Assembly (NCBI RefSeq): GCF_009914755.1
Contig: NC_060931.1
Reading direction: 5' to 3' (one strand)
DNA length: 64,000 nt
Source: the human T2T-CHM13v2.0 reference genome, Homo sapiens
Shown here: piece by piece, positions 1 to 25,798 of the stretch
Numbering within the stretch: the first letter of the stretch is position 1
Layout: each line of letters begins with the position of its first letter
Notes under the pieces: generated by a model
Seen by the model: the letters and a program-made list of their open reading frames with translations, nothing else
What the model was told of the DNA's origin: nothing
The model's database searches: none
Position numbers and translations under genes: made by a program

Positions 1-292
1 AGATCATAAAAGGAATACAAAAAAATTAATAAAACAAAATAAATGGTCATTACAGAAAAATTAGAAAATATAGTAAGGGACAAAGATAAAAATGAAGAAC
101 ACTCACAATTCCACCACTCTGTGATTACTACTACTATTTTCTTCCAGCTTTTTTTCTACATACATAATTTTTAAAGTTTTCAAATTTGATATTAGACTAT
201 ATAGTTTGAATTCTCCCCTTCTCACTTAACATTATATCATGAAAATATCTGTATAAGTCAAGGTTCCACCAAAGAAACAGAAGCAGCAGATA

Positions 293-988
<696 letters not shown>

Positions 989-1472
989 TTTATTAAGAGA
1001 GTTACTGCAAGAAATTGGCTTACATGATTGTGGGGGCTGGCTAGGCCAGTCTGAAATCCACATAGCAGGCCAATGTGGAACTCTCCAGAAACTGAGTGCA
1101 GCTGCTGTCCATCGGAGAAATTTCTTCTACTTCAGGGGAGCTCTGCTGCGCTCTTCAGGCTTTCAGCTGATAGATCAGGCCCACTCAGATCACCTAGGAC
1201 AATCACCCTTACTTAAAGTCAACCAATTATTAACTTGCATCACATCCACAAAATACCTTGACAGCCATGCCAAGATGAGTGTTTGACTGAATAACCAGGA
1301 CTGTAACTTAGCCAAACTGACAAATGAAACTGACCATCACAATAACCATGTCAGTAGTCTTTAAAAGCATTTTATAAATGTATTTCTCCATTCCCTTACT
1401 ACAGAAATTCAGCATTCTTCCAAAATTTTGCTAATATAAGTAATGTTGGAATAAATAGAACTGAAGTGAACA

Positions 1473-1809
1473 ATGCTATAGACTGAATGTTTGTGTCCCA
1501 AAATTCCTACGGTAAATCTTAATCCCAAGATATTGGGATGAGTACTTTGGGAGGTGATCAGGGCTCTGCCTTCATGACTGGAATTAGTGCCCTCATAAAA
1601 GATTTGAGAGAGTTCTCTCACCTCTTCCACCATTTGAGGACACAGCAAGGTAACTACGAATCAGAATGTGGGCCCTCACCAGACACTGAATCTGCCAGTA
1701 CCTTGACCTTAGACTTCCAGTATCCAGAACTGTGAGCAATAAATTTATGTAGTCTATAAGCCACCCAGGCTATATTATTTTGTTATAGCAGCCTAAGTGG
1801 ACTATGACA
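1473..1809 (+). mobile_element. MLT1A-like MaLR solo LTR
   Basis: tgctatagactgaatgtttgtgtccc...aataaattt...ttgttatagcagcc...gactatgaca, typical MLT1 termini. Confidence 0.7.
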
Positions 1810-1859
1810 AACAACTTTGTATATTAAATCTTCATTCTTACATCTGATTATTTTACAGA

Positions 1860-3210
1860 AAGACTACTAGTAAGGAGGCTGCGCATAGAAAGAACTCCAA
1901 AAAACCTCATAGGATCCCCTTGAGTCTTTGGCTGAATACAAAACTGCACATGTGTAAAGTGCAACTCCATGAGACAAGTAGGAAACCTGGGTAACTGACA
2001 TGGACAATCCCTAGAGCTGGGAGACGTTCAAGCCTCAACCAGTCAGAATGGAAAGACCTCACTAACAGCTGGAGCACTCAGAAGCCCCAAAAAGGCATGT
2101 CTTAGAAGACTAAGCTAGCTTTAAAATAAAAGTACCCTAGATACAGCTTAACAAAGCTGAAAAACAAGGCCAGACACATTGGTGCACACCTATAATCCCA
2201 GCACTTTGGTAAGCAAAGGTGGGAAGATCATTTGGGACCAGGAGTTCGAGATTAGCCTGGGTAACATATTAAGACTCCATCTCTACAATCAATTGATCAA
2301 TCAATACAAATAAAAAACAAGCTTCAAAAAGATCATTCTGATCAGCAAATAAATTAATTGCCTGCAAGAACAAAACTCAACACTCAACAGAAGAAATCAA
2401 AACCCAGAGACTCGACAGCATAACATCCATTAATGTCTAGCATCCAATAAAAAATTATCAGACATTTGAAAGAAAAAGAAAATGTAACCCAAAATCAGGA
2501 GAAAACTCAATCCCTAGAAACAAACCAAGAAATCACAGAGATAATGGAATTAGCAGATAAAGACTTTAAACTATTGTAAGTATATTGAAGGATTTAAAGG
2601 AAAACCAAGGTAGAAATTGAAGCCATAAAAAACAATCAAGGGGAACCTGCAGGGCTAAAAAATAAACTATCTGAAATTAAGAAGTTACTAGATGAGTTTA
2701 ACTACAGATTAGACACCAAAGGAGAAAAGACAGTAAAGTTGAAGACAGGCCAACAGAAAATATTCCAAAGGAAGGACAAAGAGAAAACAGACCTCCTAAG
2801 TGTGTGTGTGTGTGTGTGTATGTGTGTGTGTGCTCAAAAGTCTCCCAATAGTATAAACACAAGGACTATCATGCATGAGTAAATCTTAATCAAATTGCTC
2901 AAACTAATGATAATAACTTCAAGGAACTGATATAACAAGAGAATGGGGATATTTCACACACAGGGGAACAAAGAATGTCTACTCACTTCTCATCAGAGAC
3001 AGTGCAAGCTAGAAGACAATGGAATGATAGTCTTTAAAATGTTTGAAGAAAAACAAAAACAAAAAAAAAGTGTCAACCTGCAATTCTATATCCAGCAAAA
3101 ATATCCTCAGAAATGGAAGATGAAATAAAGGCATTTTCAGACAAAAAAGCTGAAAGAATTCACTATCAGCAGATCTGCACTATAAAAAATATTTTAAAAA
3201 GATCTGCAAG
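1860..3210 (+). mobile_element. Degenerate old L1 (5'/ORF1 region) with an Alu monomer (~2168-2290) and a (TG)n tract (~2800-2832)
   Basis: A-rich plus strand with L1 ORF1-type motifs (tgtcaacctgcaattctatatccagcaaaaatatcc...gaaataaaggcattttcagac). Confidence 0.7.
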
Positions 3211-4699
3211 GAAATATCAGATGTCTGCCTTCCACCCTATACTCCCCACTTCCAATCTCTAAATCCTTATTTCACCCCTTCTCATCCAGAGCTCCATATT
3301 CAAGAGCTGCTCCCCTTCTCCATCAGCTTGGTTCTGCCATCAAACAATTGTTTTCTTCGAACTCCATTAGTTAGCCTGGACTTTAAGACTCTGCAATCTT
3401 GCCCCTCCTGTCTTTACAAAACTTATTTTCTCTTACTCCATATTTTATAAGCCATTCCAAGTTGTTCACTTTGCTTCATTAACTAGAAAAAAAAACAAAA
3501 ACTCCCCCACAGCCTAGGCAATACAGCAAGAAAATATTTTTAAAATTTAGCCAGGTATAGTGGCAGACATCTCTACAAAAAATTACAAAATTAACCAGAT
3601 GTGGTGGTGCATGCCTATGGTCCCAGCTACTCAGGAGGCTGAGGCGAGAGGATTGCTGGAGCCCAAGAGTTCAATTCATATATTGCGCTATGATCACACC
3701 ACTGCACTCCAGCCTGGCCAACAGAGTAAGATCCGGTCTCTATTAAAAAGTGTGCACGCACACACACAATCTCCCCCAAAACAGGTCAGAAAGAGAGTAA
3801 AGGAGTGAGAAAAACAGAAGAGAACTCAAGGTGGCAGGGATTTGGGGGCACACAGGTGACCCATCCTATCAAGGAGGGAAGAGAGTGAATTTTCCAAAAA
3901 AACAAAGCAGGCCAGGAGGCTCGTGGCTGTCTTGCAGACACTACTACAACTCCCACACAAGAAGGGATCAGCTCCTCTCACTCAGACTGTAAGGAAGGAC
4001 TGTATAACTAAGTTTAGAGCACCCACAAAACATAACTCCTAAAAAGTGAGTACAAGTACATAAAGCAAGAGGCTTGATTCAGGGAAACCTCATGTCATAT
4101 TCAAGCTCTACTGCTCATTAGCTGCTTGACTATCGGCTCATTTAAAATTCACAACAGCTCTATGAGACAGGTACTATTATTATCACCTACATTTTATAGA
4201 GAAGAAAACTGAGACACAGAAAGGTTATACTGCTTGTTCAAGGTAATACATTCAGGAAGCGGCATAGCGAGGATGTGAATCCAGTCACCTAAAACAGACT
4301 GTCATTTCAGGTGTCCATTATACCTCAGGCATGATGAGCAAATCCTAGCAGTGCTCCTGCAGAGAGAAAAACACAAACAATCGAGCTGCTGAGGCTAAGC
4401 CTCTAAACACAGATAAAGTTAGGTCTTTGTGAGAGGAGTCAAGTGCTCTAATTTTGGCTCTGGATCTCAAATGGTTGTATGACTACTGACCTTACCAAAT
4501 GAGGGAACTGACCTTAAGCCAACTGACCTCCCATCCTACATAACTGAAAGACTGTAATGCAGCAGTTTACAAACATGAAGAGCTAAATAAATACTGAGAT
4601 CAAGAATTAATGTGTTACAAAGTAAGAATAAATTATGGAGAAACCCAAACACCAGATGTTACGCAAGAAAGAAGGAAGCTGCAAAGTAGAAATTCCCAC

Positions 4700-5016
4700 C
4701 TGGGAAGAATTGGTGGTTCCCTAGGGACTTCAGCAGCACCAGCAACTGCTCCTGGAGCTTCTGCCTCCTGTGAACCATGGGCCATTTCCTTCACAGGGCC
4801 TGGAGGCTGCACTTTCTCTACTTCCTGATGCCCATCCAATTCTGTGGTGGAGTCAATCTCTATTTCCTGGACTGGAACTGGGACTGGCTCCTTCTCAGCT
4901 GCAGCAGCTGACACAGTCTTGGCCTCTTCCTCTTCCTTTCTTCTGATTTTCTCTTCAAGTTCCTGCCTTCTCTTCTCATCATCCTGACGGGCCATGTGGT
5001 CAAAGGTTTTGAATAC
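4700..5016 (-). CDS. NUDCD3: NUDCD3 coding exon 2 (317 nt; VFKTFDHMARQDDEKRRQELEEK...EPPILP)
   Basis: Acceptor ttag|GTATTC at 5016 and donor CCCAG|gtggga at 4700. In frame with exon 1 (phase 0). Peptide recognised as NudC domain-containing 3. Confidence 0.96.
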
Positions 5017-7402
5017 CTAAAATCAAACACCAATCCAGCAATCAGTTCATCTGCCCAATACTGTACCACATATCTTGTAGAAATGTCGTAAAATCTGTGA
5101 AGGAGAGAACTAAAAGTCAGAAACTGACAAGTTTTCCCACTGGCAAAATGGAAATGCACTGCCACTTCACCAAAAGCTGACAGGTAAACAGTGTTTAACA
5201 GGAGGATTCCAAAATCAACAAAATCAGAAACTTATAAGCCAAGGCTAACAATATTTACATACCTAAAAGATGTACAGTTAGATGGTCTTTGTTGTCATTA
5301 TTTTACAGACCCCAGTCTTGTTCACAATGCAAAGAATACACGGTCCTGGTACAACTGTGGGTTATAAAGGCACCAAAATTCAGACTCACAAATGAAACAT
5401 GAAAATATGGCTGAACTTCAATTCCCAAAATGGAACCAGGTTTACAGGACTGCTGCTGTTTTTCACCACACTGCATGGACATTCAATTCAACAAACATCT
5501 ACTATGTGCCTACAGTGTGCAAGAAACACGCACGCACAAAAAACATCAAAATGATTTCTGCTGCCTCCTAAGAACTCAAAATTCTGGTGTGTAAACAAGT
5601 TCTTAACATTTTCTGGGAAACAGTCACACCCATGAAGGTGCTGGGACCTCTCTACCAAAAAAGTACAGTCAAGACATACCCACACATGAAAACTCTGATA
5701 CAAGAGGGGGCATGACAAGGCCCTCAATTCCCTGTCAGGGTATGGGTGGGAATGAGCATGTCTGGCGAAAGAAATCTAGGGAGACTTCTTGGAACAAGGA
5801 GGATCCCAGTTAGACCCTGAATGAGAGGCACATCTTCCACAGGGAACCACTGGAGGAAATGCCACAGCTCTAAGAATAGGCTTGTCAAGGAAGGGCAAAA
5901 GCTCTTGCAATAACTGGAGGAAGGAAAGGCTGAGAGAGCAACCTGGGACATGGGTGGGAGTCAGATTCCAAAGGGCTAGAATGCGGACAGGTATTAAATA
6001 ACAATGTTCTGTGCACTGCGCGGGCAGTCAAAAGGGTGCTAACAGACTAACTGTGTCAAATTATTTTACAAACATTCTCTCAAAACCCTCACAAAAATAC
6101 TGTGAAGAAGACAGCATCAACATTTCAAAAATGAGAAAAAAATAAGGCTTGGAAAGGTTACGTAACTTGCCCCAGCTCCTGCTGGCAAAAGAAGTAAAAA
6201 ACTACGCAGCACACACCAAACAGTGTGGGGAGATGATGATGTAGGCAGAGGGGAAAAAAAAAAATCAATAAAATCCTAAAAGGTTAAAAACTGGAAACAA
6301 CACCAGAACCATTTTTACTTCTGCAGATAACCTGAAGCCCTGACTTCATTCTAACATTAGGGTCTCTACCGCTTTGAGTCCATGCTTTCAGAGTTGCTCA
6401 TCCTGCTGATACTCCAGATCTTCATCTTAACTCCACAAAAGCAAAGCAACAAGATCTCTCTCTCCTAACACCTGAGACTTCGAACACAGAACCCCCAGAC
6501 TTGATAGTCCTCACCATGCAGCTGCCTCTGCTCACTCAGTACATCCAGCCTTCTCTGACCTACCCATTCACACCACCAGGAAGTGCTACCACTGCCAACC
6601 TCCCAACCATCACATGTTCTCAGTACTCATTCTAGAGTCACAGAACATAGGGCTGGAAGAGAACTCTAATCTGTAACCTCCAATCAATCTTCTCAGCTGA
6701 CAAGAGGTGAAGTGACTCTCCCAAGATTTCTCAACAATTTATGTAAGGAACAGGATGTAGCTAGCTTTCCTGATTCTAGTTTCAAGGACTTCTACAAAGG
6801 AGCACTTCTCAAAGTGGACTCCAAAAAAAACAGCATTATCGATTATAATGAATGGCTTGTCAGTCTAAACGATTTTTGTCTTAAAACATACTAATGTATT
6901 ATAAAATGGAATGCAATTTTCACATACATCATTCCTGCTGAGGTTCTTCAAGCTGTGTATCCAGGCTATGCAAACTTTTAAAAGGAAACGTATGAGCTGC
7001 CTAACTCTACACCAACACTGTACTCCCCAAAATATTAAGGGAACGCTTTGAAGTTCCACAATGATGCAGCCCAGCACTCCCATCCAAATTCTTCTCTGCC
7101 TATATTCAGCAGAGACACCAAGCATCCCACATCTGGTGGGGGTGGAGAGGCAGACCCCAGGAAGGAGTCTTATGCCATCAAGTTAGGGACAGAAAAAAAA
7201 AAAAAACCCTAAGAGGCAGATGAGTAGGAGTGGGGAGGTCAGGAGATCACCTACTACCACGAAGAAATAATGTTATGCTGGTACCAAGTCACTCAGTCTC
7301 ATTCAGTGTTGTCCCACCCCACAATAAAACCCTTGTCAATACTGAAATCACCTTTACAAACCTCCTGTCAAATGAGCTTTTGTGGATAAAAGAACAGGTT
7401 CC

Positions 7403-8283
<881 letters not shown>

Positions 8284-9869
8284 CTAGCTCCCAAAAGATC
8301 TAGTCCAGTAATTCCAATAGCCTATGGGCAGGGACTCCTACCTGCAACTTCAAGTTCAACCTGTCTAAAACTGAACTTTTTCCCCTAAACCCAGGTGACA
8401 GTTCAGTTAACGCATTATCACTATTCCAGTCACCCAAGTTGAAACCTTGGATCATCTTTGACCCATCCCTCCCCTTCCTCCATCCCTGCTCCCCATCTCC
8501 ACTACTTCATTAGACTGGTCACCAAATCCTAACCTATGGAAGTGTCTTGTAAGAGGTATTACCAGGTAAATGAGTTACCAGGTTAATGAGTGCTCTGTCA
8601 GTTCATCTGTGAAACAAAGACCAACCTCTCAGGTTATATTAAGGGTTAAATAAGATAACGACCCCAGAATATAAAACATCTGATACTATACATATTACTC
8701 AGTATATACTCCTTTCTCCTCCACATCTTTCTGCAAACTACAATCAATCTAGACAAAAGTGTTCTCATCCTACTATGGAATGGTTAAACAACAGAACAGG
8801 AAGATTTGGAATCCACAAAATGAAATTTTTAGTTTCAGCTCTACGGTGAACTGGCTGTGTGTTCTTGGTCAAATCACTTAACCTTGCTGAATTGGTACGT
8901 AAACTTGAAACTTATCTGTTTCACAGAGACACTGAAGATCAAATGGCAAGACTTCATTAACCTGCCATAAGATCCTGCTAAAGGCCACCTCCAACAGCTC
9001 TCTCATCACTAAGATGGCACTTATGCCACTGACAAGGACGAGGAATAGCCTTAAGTTCTGAAATTGAATCCTAATGGAACCCCATTCCTCGTTTGGCCCT
9101 ATTACCCTGGTAGCTACCAAGACATTCAAAGCTTTGGCTTCTGCTGAGGAAAGTAACATCTTACCAACCTGCAGCATGCATTAAGACTTCAGGAGGAAAC
9201 ATCTGAAGCATTTTATAAACTGTAACATCTAGAGAACTGAGGGAGGTATCATCAGCATTTCTATCTTCTTGGGTTTCTACAAATAGGCTTAATACTTGGC
9301 TGAATAGTTTCTTTTAATCTCATCAGAAGTCCCACCTCTCTTATAAAAACTTCACTTCTCAACCATCATTTCTATTTCCTTTCTTTACAATGGGCTCCAT
9401 CAAATAATTGCCCTTAAAAAGTTTTCTATTACTTTCTGGGTTTTCTCTCTTTAACTGTAAGTGTCACAAGGAGAGAGAAACCATTACTTAAACACCCGTA
9501 TCACCCTCACCTGCGGCAACTAAGAGTGTAAACTACATTCAGCAAAAGGTTGCTTACCACTACATTCAAAAGTGCCCAGTCAACTTCACTGAATGAGTAT
9601 TGACAGCGTTTCCAACATACAATAAACTTAACCTGGAGGGTACGGAATTAAGCTCAAATAGAAATTTTAATAAGCACTACATTGACAGTCTTTGACCTGG
9701 GAAGTCACATTTCAAACAAGCGACCACACCCATTGATCAACACAATGCCTCCGTCATCCCCGCCAGCTCAAGTCTTTGGTAGTTCTGGGGCATGCACATT
9801 TCTGTTGCTGTAAATGTCCTTCCTTCTGTCTGGCCTGCATGGATTTCGCTCCCTGACTAGCAGCCCCCA

Positions 9870-10700
9870 GCACCGTGAGGGGTACGCGCTGGCGGGTGCT
9901 GAGTAGGGCTCTTAACAGTCGGCTTACTACTTCTGAAACCTCAGGACGTCCGGAGCGAACACCTCAGCGGAATAAGCTGACATCCAATCCGCGCTTCAAA
10001 TTACTGAAGCCATTCTCACAAGCTCAACCCCAGGACACCAGGAAAAGGAGGAAACAGGCTGGGAGAGCTTGGAGGAGCGGGCGCCAGGAGTCAGGGCAGG
10101 CCGGGGGCGGCGGCTCCCCAGACCGCAGGCCCGCCCGCCTCACCTGCAGCACCAAGGCCTGCGCGGCCCCGGGCGGGAAGCCCATGCGGTCCGATGGGTG
10201 GCGCAGCAAGCGATAGAAGTCTGTCTTGCGGTAGAGGAAGCCAAAGAGAACGCGCAGGAAATCCTGGACGTTGCCCACGTGCTGCAGGATGCCCAAAAGG
10301 GCCTGGTCATACAGCTCGGCCGCCCCTGGCTCCATGTCGCCTCCCGCCCTAGGTACGCTTCACACACACAGCGCCGCCTCAGACCTGCCGACTGGCCACT
10401 TCCGGCGTCCGCAGCCAACGGCTCCGCCGGACGGCGCGGCTGCGGAACTTCCGGTCCGTGCTCGTTCGGCCCCCGCGGCCCCGGGCTGTTTTCCCCAGAC
10501 CCAGCTGCCCCACGGGCTTTGCCTTGAGGTGGTCTTAGACAAAAGAGCCCGACAAGGGCAGCAAGGAGGTTCCTACGCGGAAGGAAGCCCGTGGCTTCTG
10601 CTGCGCTGCGAGGGCTTGACCGCCATGTTTGAAGCGGGCGGAAAAAAATTATGGGGCGTGCAGTGTCACGTGACTGCTCGGATTTTTGTCACGTTGTCTG
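9870..10700. promoter_or_regulatory. NUDCD3: CpG island / NUDCD3 promoter with ETS (GABPA-type), YY1 and CLEAR/E-box motifs
   Basis: Dense CpG and high GC. CCGGAAGT on the minus strand at 10397-10405 and 10447-10455, CCGCCATGTT at 10620-10629, GTCACGTGAC at 10665-10674. Confidence 0.85.
10144..10335 (-). CDS. NUDCD3: NUDCD3 coding exon 1 (64 codons; MEPGAAELYDQALLG...AQALVLQ)
   Basis: Strong Kozak gcgacATGG, donor CTGCAG|gtgagg at 10144, NudC N-terminal motif (FLRVLFGFLYRKTDFY). Confidence 0.97.
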
Positions 10701-11398
10701 TGGATCCTTTCTTATTTCTGTGTTGAATTCCAGCCTGGGTATTTGGAACCTATGGTTAAAGATGGGGCTAGGGTAAGCTTTTTGTTAGTGAGCCAGAGAC
10801 GGGAAAATGCGTATATGTGGGATGTATGGGTTTCTTATTAACAGATCTGTGAGTTAAACTCAGGGCGTTGCATCAGAAGAAAGTCAAGATGACGAAGAAA
10901 ATAAAGAGTGCATTCAACGTATATTAAGTGGAAAGAGCTAGATTCAGAATAGAGAATCCGTATGCCATCGTTGTGAAATATGTACGTGTATGTGTGTGTA
11001 TAGTATGTATATACATATATACGTCATATATACATATGTTGTTAGTGTCTGTCAAAGTATAATCTTAAAAAAGTAAAAAGCATGACACTCATACAAATAT
11101 ATCATGAACACATATCCAAGATTTCTTCAGCAAATTAACAATGATATGGTAAAGCTGGTTCAAAAGCATTTTGAGGAAGTGGAGATTAAACATTTTGACA
11201 AAGCATTAGAGTAAGATTAGGTTGGATACAAAGCTGGCTGGTGTTCTACAAGATGATAAAACCATAGATTATCATTTCTAGTGGATAGAAATGATTTGCA
11301 CCTCTTCTAGATTAAAACATGCAAGTTAACATGTCTTCATAGTGTATAAGCTTTAATGAATTGTAAATAAAATCCAACTCAGGTAAATTGCCCTAGAA

Positions 11399-13784
<2,386 letters not shown>

Positions 13785-14036
13785 CCCTAGAGAATTAATG
13801 AATCTCGGGTGAGCCTGTTATATAATTCCTCAGTATAACTGGAAGCACATGCAGCCATCTTCTTGCTATATTCAAAGTTTTGAATAATTTTCTTTAGCAC
13901 CTAAAGGAAGAAATGGAACAGACGCTGCATCTGGAGAAGGGAAATTGAGGGAAACACTATAAAACAGGAGAAAAACTTACTTTTGTATTTGATACCATAT
14001 ACATGCATTACCTATTCAAAAAGTAAATAAAATATC

Positions 14037-14333
14037 TTTTTTTTTTTTTTGAAACAGAGTCTCGCTCTGTCGCCCAGGCTGGGGTGTAGTGGCACAGTCT
14101 CAGCTCGGCTCACTGCAAGCTCCGCCTCCTGGGTTCACGCCATTCTCCCGCCTCAGCCTCCCGAGTAGCTGGGACTACAGGTGCCCGCCACCACACCCGG
14201 CTAATTTTTTGAATTTTTAGTAGAGACGGGGTTTCACCATTCACAGGATGGTCTCGATCTCCTGACCTTGTGATCCACCCGCCTCAGCCTCCCAAAGTGC
14301 TGGGATTACAGGCGTGAGCCACCGTGCCCGGCC
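14037..14333 (-). mobile_element. Young (AluY-like) Alu
   Basis: CpG-rich, diagnostic gcaagctccgcc / ttcacgccattc motifs; TSD aaaatatc(t) on both sides. Confidence 0.9.
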
Positions 14334-14344
14334 AAAATATCTTT

Positions 14345-16950
<2,606 letters not shown>

Positions 16951-17009
16951 AAAAATGTATTTTAAAAAGTGATAATCATCCACAATCCTGTTCCCTCCCC
17001 TAAAAAGTA

Positions 17010-18757
17010 AGTGGACATGTTAGGGCAAAGTGCCTGCCTGAGCTCTAGAGGTCAGACATAAAACTGAGTAAGAGGAGATAGTGTAGGGCTGGGCCCCTTC
17101 TGGCCCAGCTGAGACTCTCACATGGGGTTCAGGAGGGCAGATGCTTTTAGCTGTTTCTCCAGTAATGTTCCTGGGCACACTGGTTTGGGGATTGGGCCTC
17201 CAAGGCCTCAGGCAGCCAGGTCTCCATGGCTTTCTCTTGGTTTGGAGTCTCATGACTGCAGCTCTCCCAGGCTGGGGTTACACAAGGGTAGGTCTACAGT
17301 TCTGGGCTCTACTAGGTATCGCCTTGGTGGGAACTCTCTGTAACAACTCTGACCACACATTCCTGCTAAGCATTGCCTTAGTAGGGACTCTCTATGGTGG
17401 CTCTTCCCCTGCAATAAGTCTCTTCCTGGGCCTCAAGCTGTTTGATATATCTTTTGAAAACCAAGTGGAAGCTACTGTGACCCCACCACCTATGCACCCA
17501 TCCCTGCAGAGTTAGCACCATGTAGACATTGCCAAGGCTTACTGGTGAATAGCATCTGGCTCCTTTCTATTCATGCTAATCTCTTCAGCAAGCAGTCTCT
17601 GGGCCACACCCTGAGTTCACTCTCCTAAATGTACCTTTTTATACTTTACATGGCCAGGCTATAAATTTTCCAAATCTTTCACTCTGCTTCTTTTTAAATT
17701 ATAAATTCTGTCTTTAAGTCATTCCTTTGTTCTTGTATCTCACTATATGTGATTTAAAATAGCCATGCAGCAGTCTGAATGCTTAACTGCTTAGGTATTT
17801 CTTCCACCAGATATCCTAGTTTGTCATTCAAATTCCACTTTCCATGAAGCTCTCAGGCATGGACACAGTTCCACTATTACTACTTTATAACAAAGATGCT
17901 CTTTATTCAATTTTCCAATACCTTGTTTCTCATTTCCATCTGAGACCTCATCAGAATGGCCTCTACCAATATTAAATATAATGTTGGTAGAAAATATAGC
18001 CAGTAAAGGCCATTTACTGTTAATGGTGGTAGAGATATAGACAGTAAAGGCCATTTACTATTAATGTTCGTAGAAATATAGACAGTAAAGGCCATTTACT
18101 GTCCACATCAGAGACTGTGTCCATATCTCTGTCAACAGTCATGACCACTGAAGTAATCTTTAAGAAGATTCTGACTTTCCCTGTATCTCTTCTCTTCTGA
18201 GACCTCACCCTTAATGTTCCATTTATGGCATTATACCAGACTCTTTCTAGCATGCTCCTCAAAGTTCTTCCAGTCTCTACCCATTACCCAGTTCCAAAGC
18301 TACTTGTACATTTTCAGATATTTGTTATAGCAACAGACCCACTTCTCAGTGCCAATTTTCTATCATAGTCCGTTTTCTGCTGCCATAACAATACCACAGA
18401 CCAGGTAATCTATAAATAACAGGTGTTTATTTAGCTCATGGTTCTGGAGGCTGGAAAGTTCAGGAACTTGATGCCAGCATCTGTTGAGGGCCTTCTTGTT
18501 TAGTCATCCCTTGGCAGAAAGCAAAAGACAGAAGGGCAAGTGAGTACACAAGATAGAGGCACCAGGGGCCAGCCTGACTTTATAACAACCCACTTTTGTG
18601 GTAACTAACTCACTGTAGTAATAACAACATTAATTCATTCGTGAGGGCTCTACCCACATGATCCAATCACCTTTTATTAGGCCCTAGCTCCCAACATTGT
18701 TTCATCGGGGATTACATTTCCAGCACATGAATTTGGGAGACACATTTCAACCATAGC
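17010..18757 (-). mobile_element. MaLR (MST/MLT1-type) internal fragment plus LTR (~18361-18757)
   Basis: LTR-like tatcatagtccgttttctgctgccataac...aaccatagca, preceded by MaLR-internal-like sequence (cccattacccagttccaaagc...). Confidence 0.6.
17980..18102. repeat. Three tandem 40-42 bp units, each with an internal hairpin
   Basis: Units at 17980-18021, 18022-18062 and 18063-18102; consensus aatgttggtagaaatatagacagtaaaggccatttactgtt. Confidence 0.9.
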
Positions 18758-18759
18758 AA

Positions 18760-20850
<2,091 letters not shown>

Positions 20851-20999
20851 TATTTTGAAAGGCTAAAAAGATTGTACACACACACACAGTGGTTATCTCT
20901 GGGTTACAGATATAAGTAATTTTTGTTTTTTGTTTTCTTAACTGTACTTTTCTTTGTCTTACAATTATTCTGTCATAAGTGTGTGGGGATTTAAGGAGT

Positions 21000-21474
<475 letters not shown>

Positions 21475-22079
21475 AGAAAAATAAGTGGTTTTAAAACAAA
21501 AGAATATTTTCTGAGAATACACTAAGCTGTCACTGCTATGTAATAATTGCTCTTCAGAGTAATCAGAGCAAAAGAGCCCTCTGTTTATTTCAGTCATTTA
21601 TTTAATGGATATTTATTGTGTGCCTATGTGCCAGATGCTAGGTGCTAGAAACACAATGGTAAGCAAAAAAATAAAGTCATTGCCCCCTATAGCTTACAGT
21701 TTAGAGGAGGAATCAGACATGGGGGAGCCATGTAACCCCACCAATGAATTTTCATCTTCAAACTGTGATGAAGACTAGGAAGGAGAAGGATATGGTATAG
21801 TGGGAGCACATAACAGGGACCCGACCAAGACTGGGGTAACAGGGCAGCATCCCAGTAGAAGTCACTTCTGATCTGAGATCCAAAGGAAGAGGGATGGGAG
21901 GGAGCAAACTAGGACCATCTAAATCCTTCTTGGAGATTTTTCTGGCTGTAATTGACAAGAAAGAACTCTCTTCTCTGGGATGAGAGAAGCCATATCATCT
22001 GCTACATGGAGGAAGCCCATTTTTCACTTGAGAGAAGGAAACCAACCCATAAAGAGAAGCAAAAAACTACTGGGCTTTC

Positions 22080-24860
<2,781 letters not shown>

Positions 24861-25169
24861 TTAGCAGTGAGATAACTACTCCCGATGCCTGAGACTCCAG
24901 GTCTCACTCTCAGCTGATGTCTTTGGTCTTAGGTAAATTTAGTTACCCGGAATGATGACTTACTTCTTCCTTACTGCATAGGCAACCTTGGTTATCTGAG
25001 ATGATGATTGTCTTCCTCAAGGGGAGTATGACCTTTGAACCCCATTTATAACTCACTTAAAAATGGGTATGGACAGCCTGGACAACATACTGAAACCCCA
25101 TCTCCACTAAAAATACAAAAACATCAGCTGGGTGTGGTGTCACACGCCTGTAGTCCCACCAGTTACTCA

Positions 25170-25798
<629 letters not shown>

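Noticed and set aside
4633-4699. ORF continuing past NUDCD3 exon 2 (WEFLLCSF...VSP*) as an alternative C-terminus
   Set aside because: Simple read-through of the GT donor, and I saw no nearby minus-strand poly(A) signal to support a terminal exon.
10336-10626. Upstream in-frame ATG (10626, within the YY1 motif) as an N-terminal extension of NUDCD3
   Set aside because: In-frame TAG at 10573-10575 and TGA at 10360-10362 block read-through.
17980-18102. Hairpin-containing ~41-bp direct repeats resembling a CRISPR array
   Set aside because: Units are contiguous with no unique spacers, there are no cas genes, and the context is a mammalian MaLR element.
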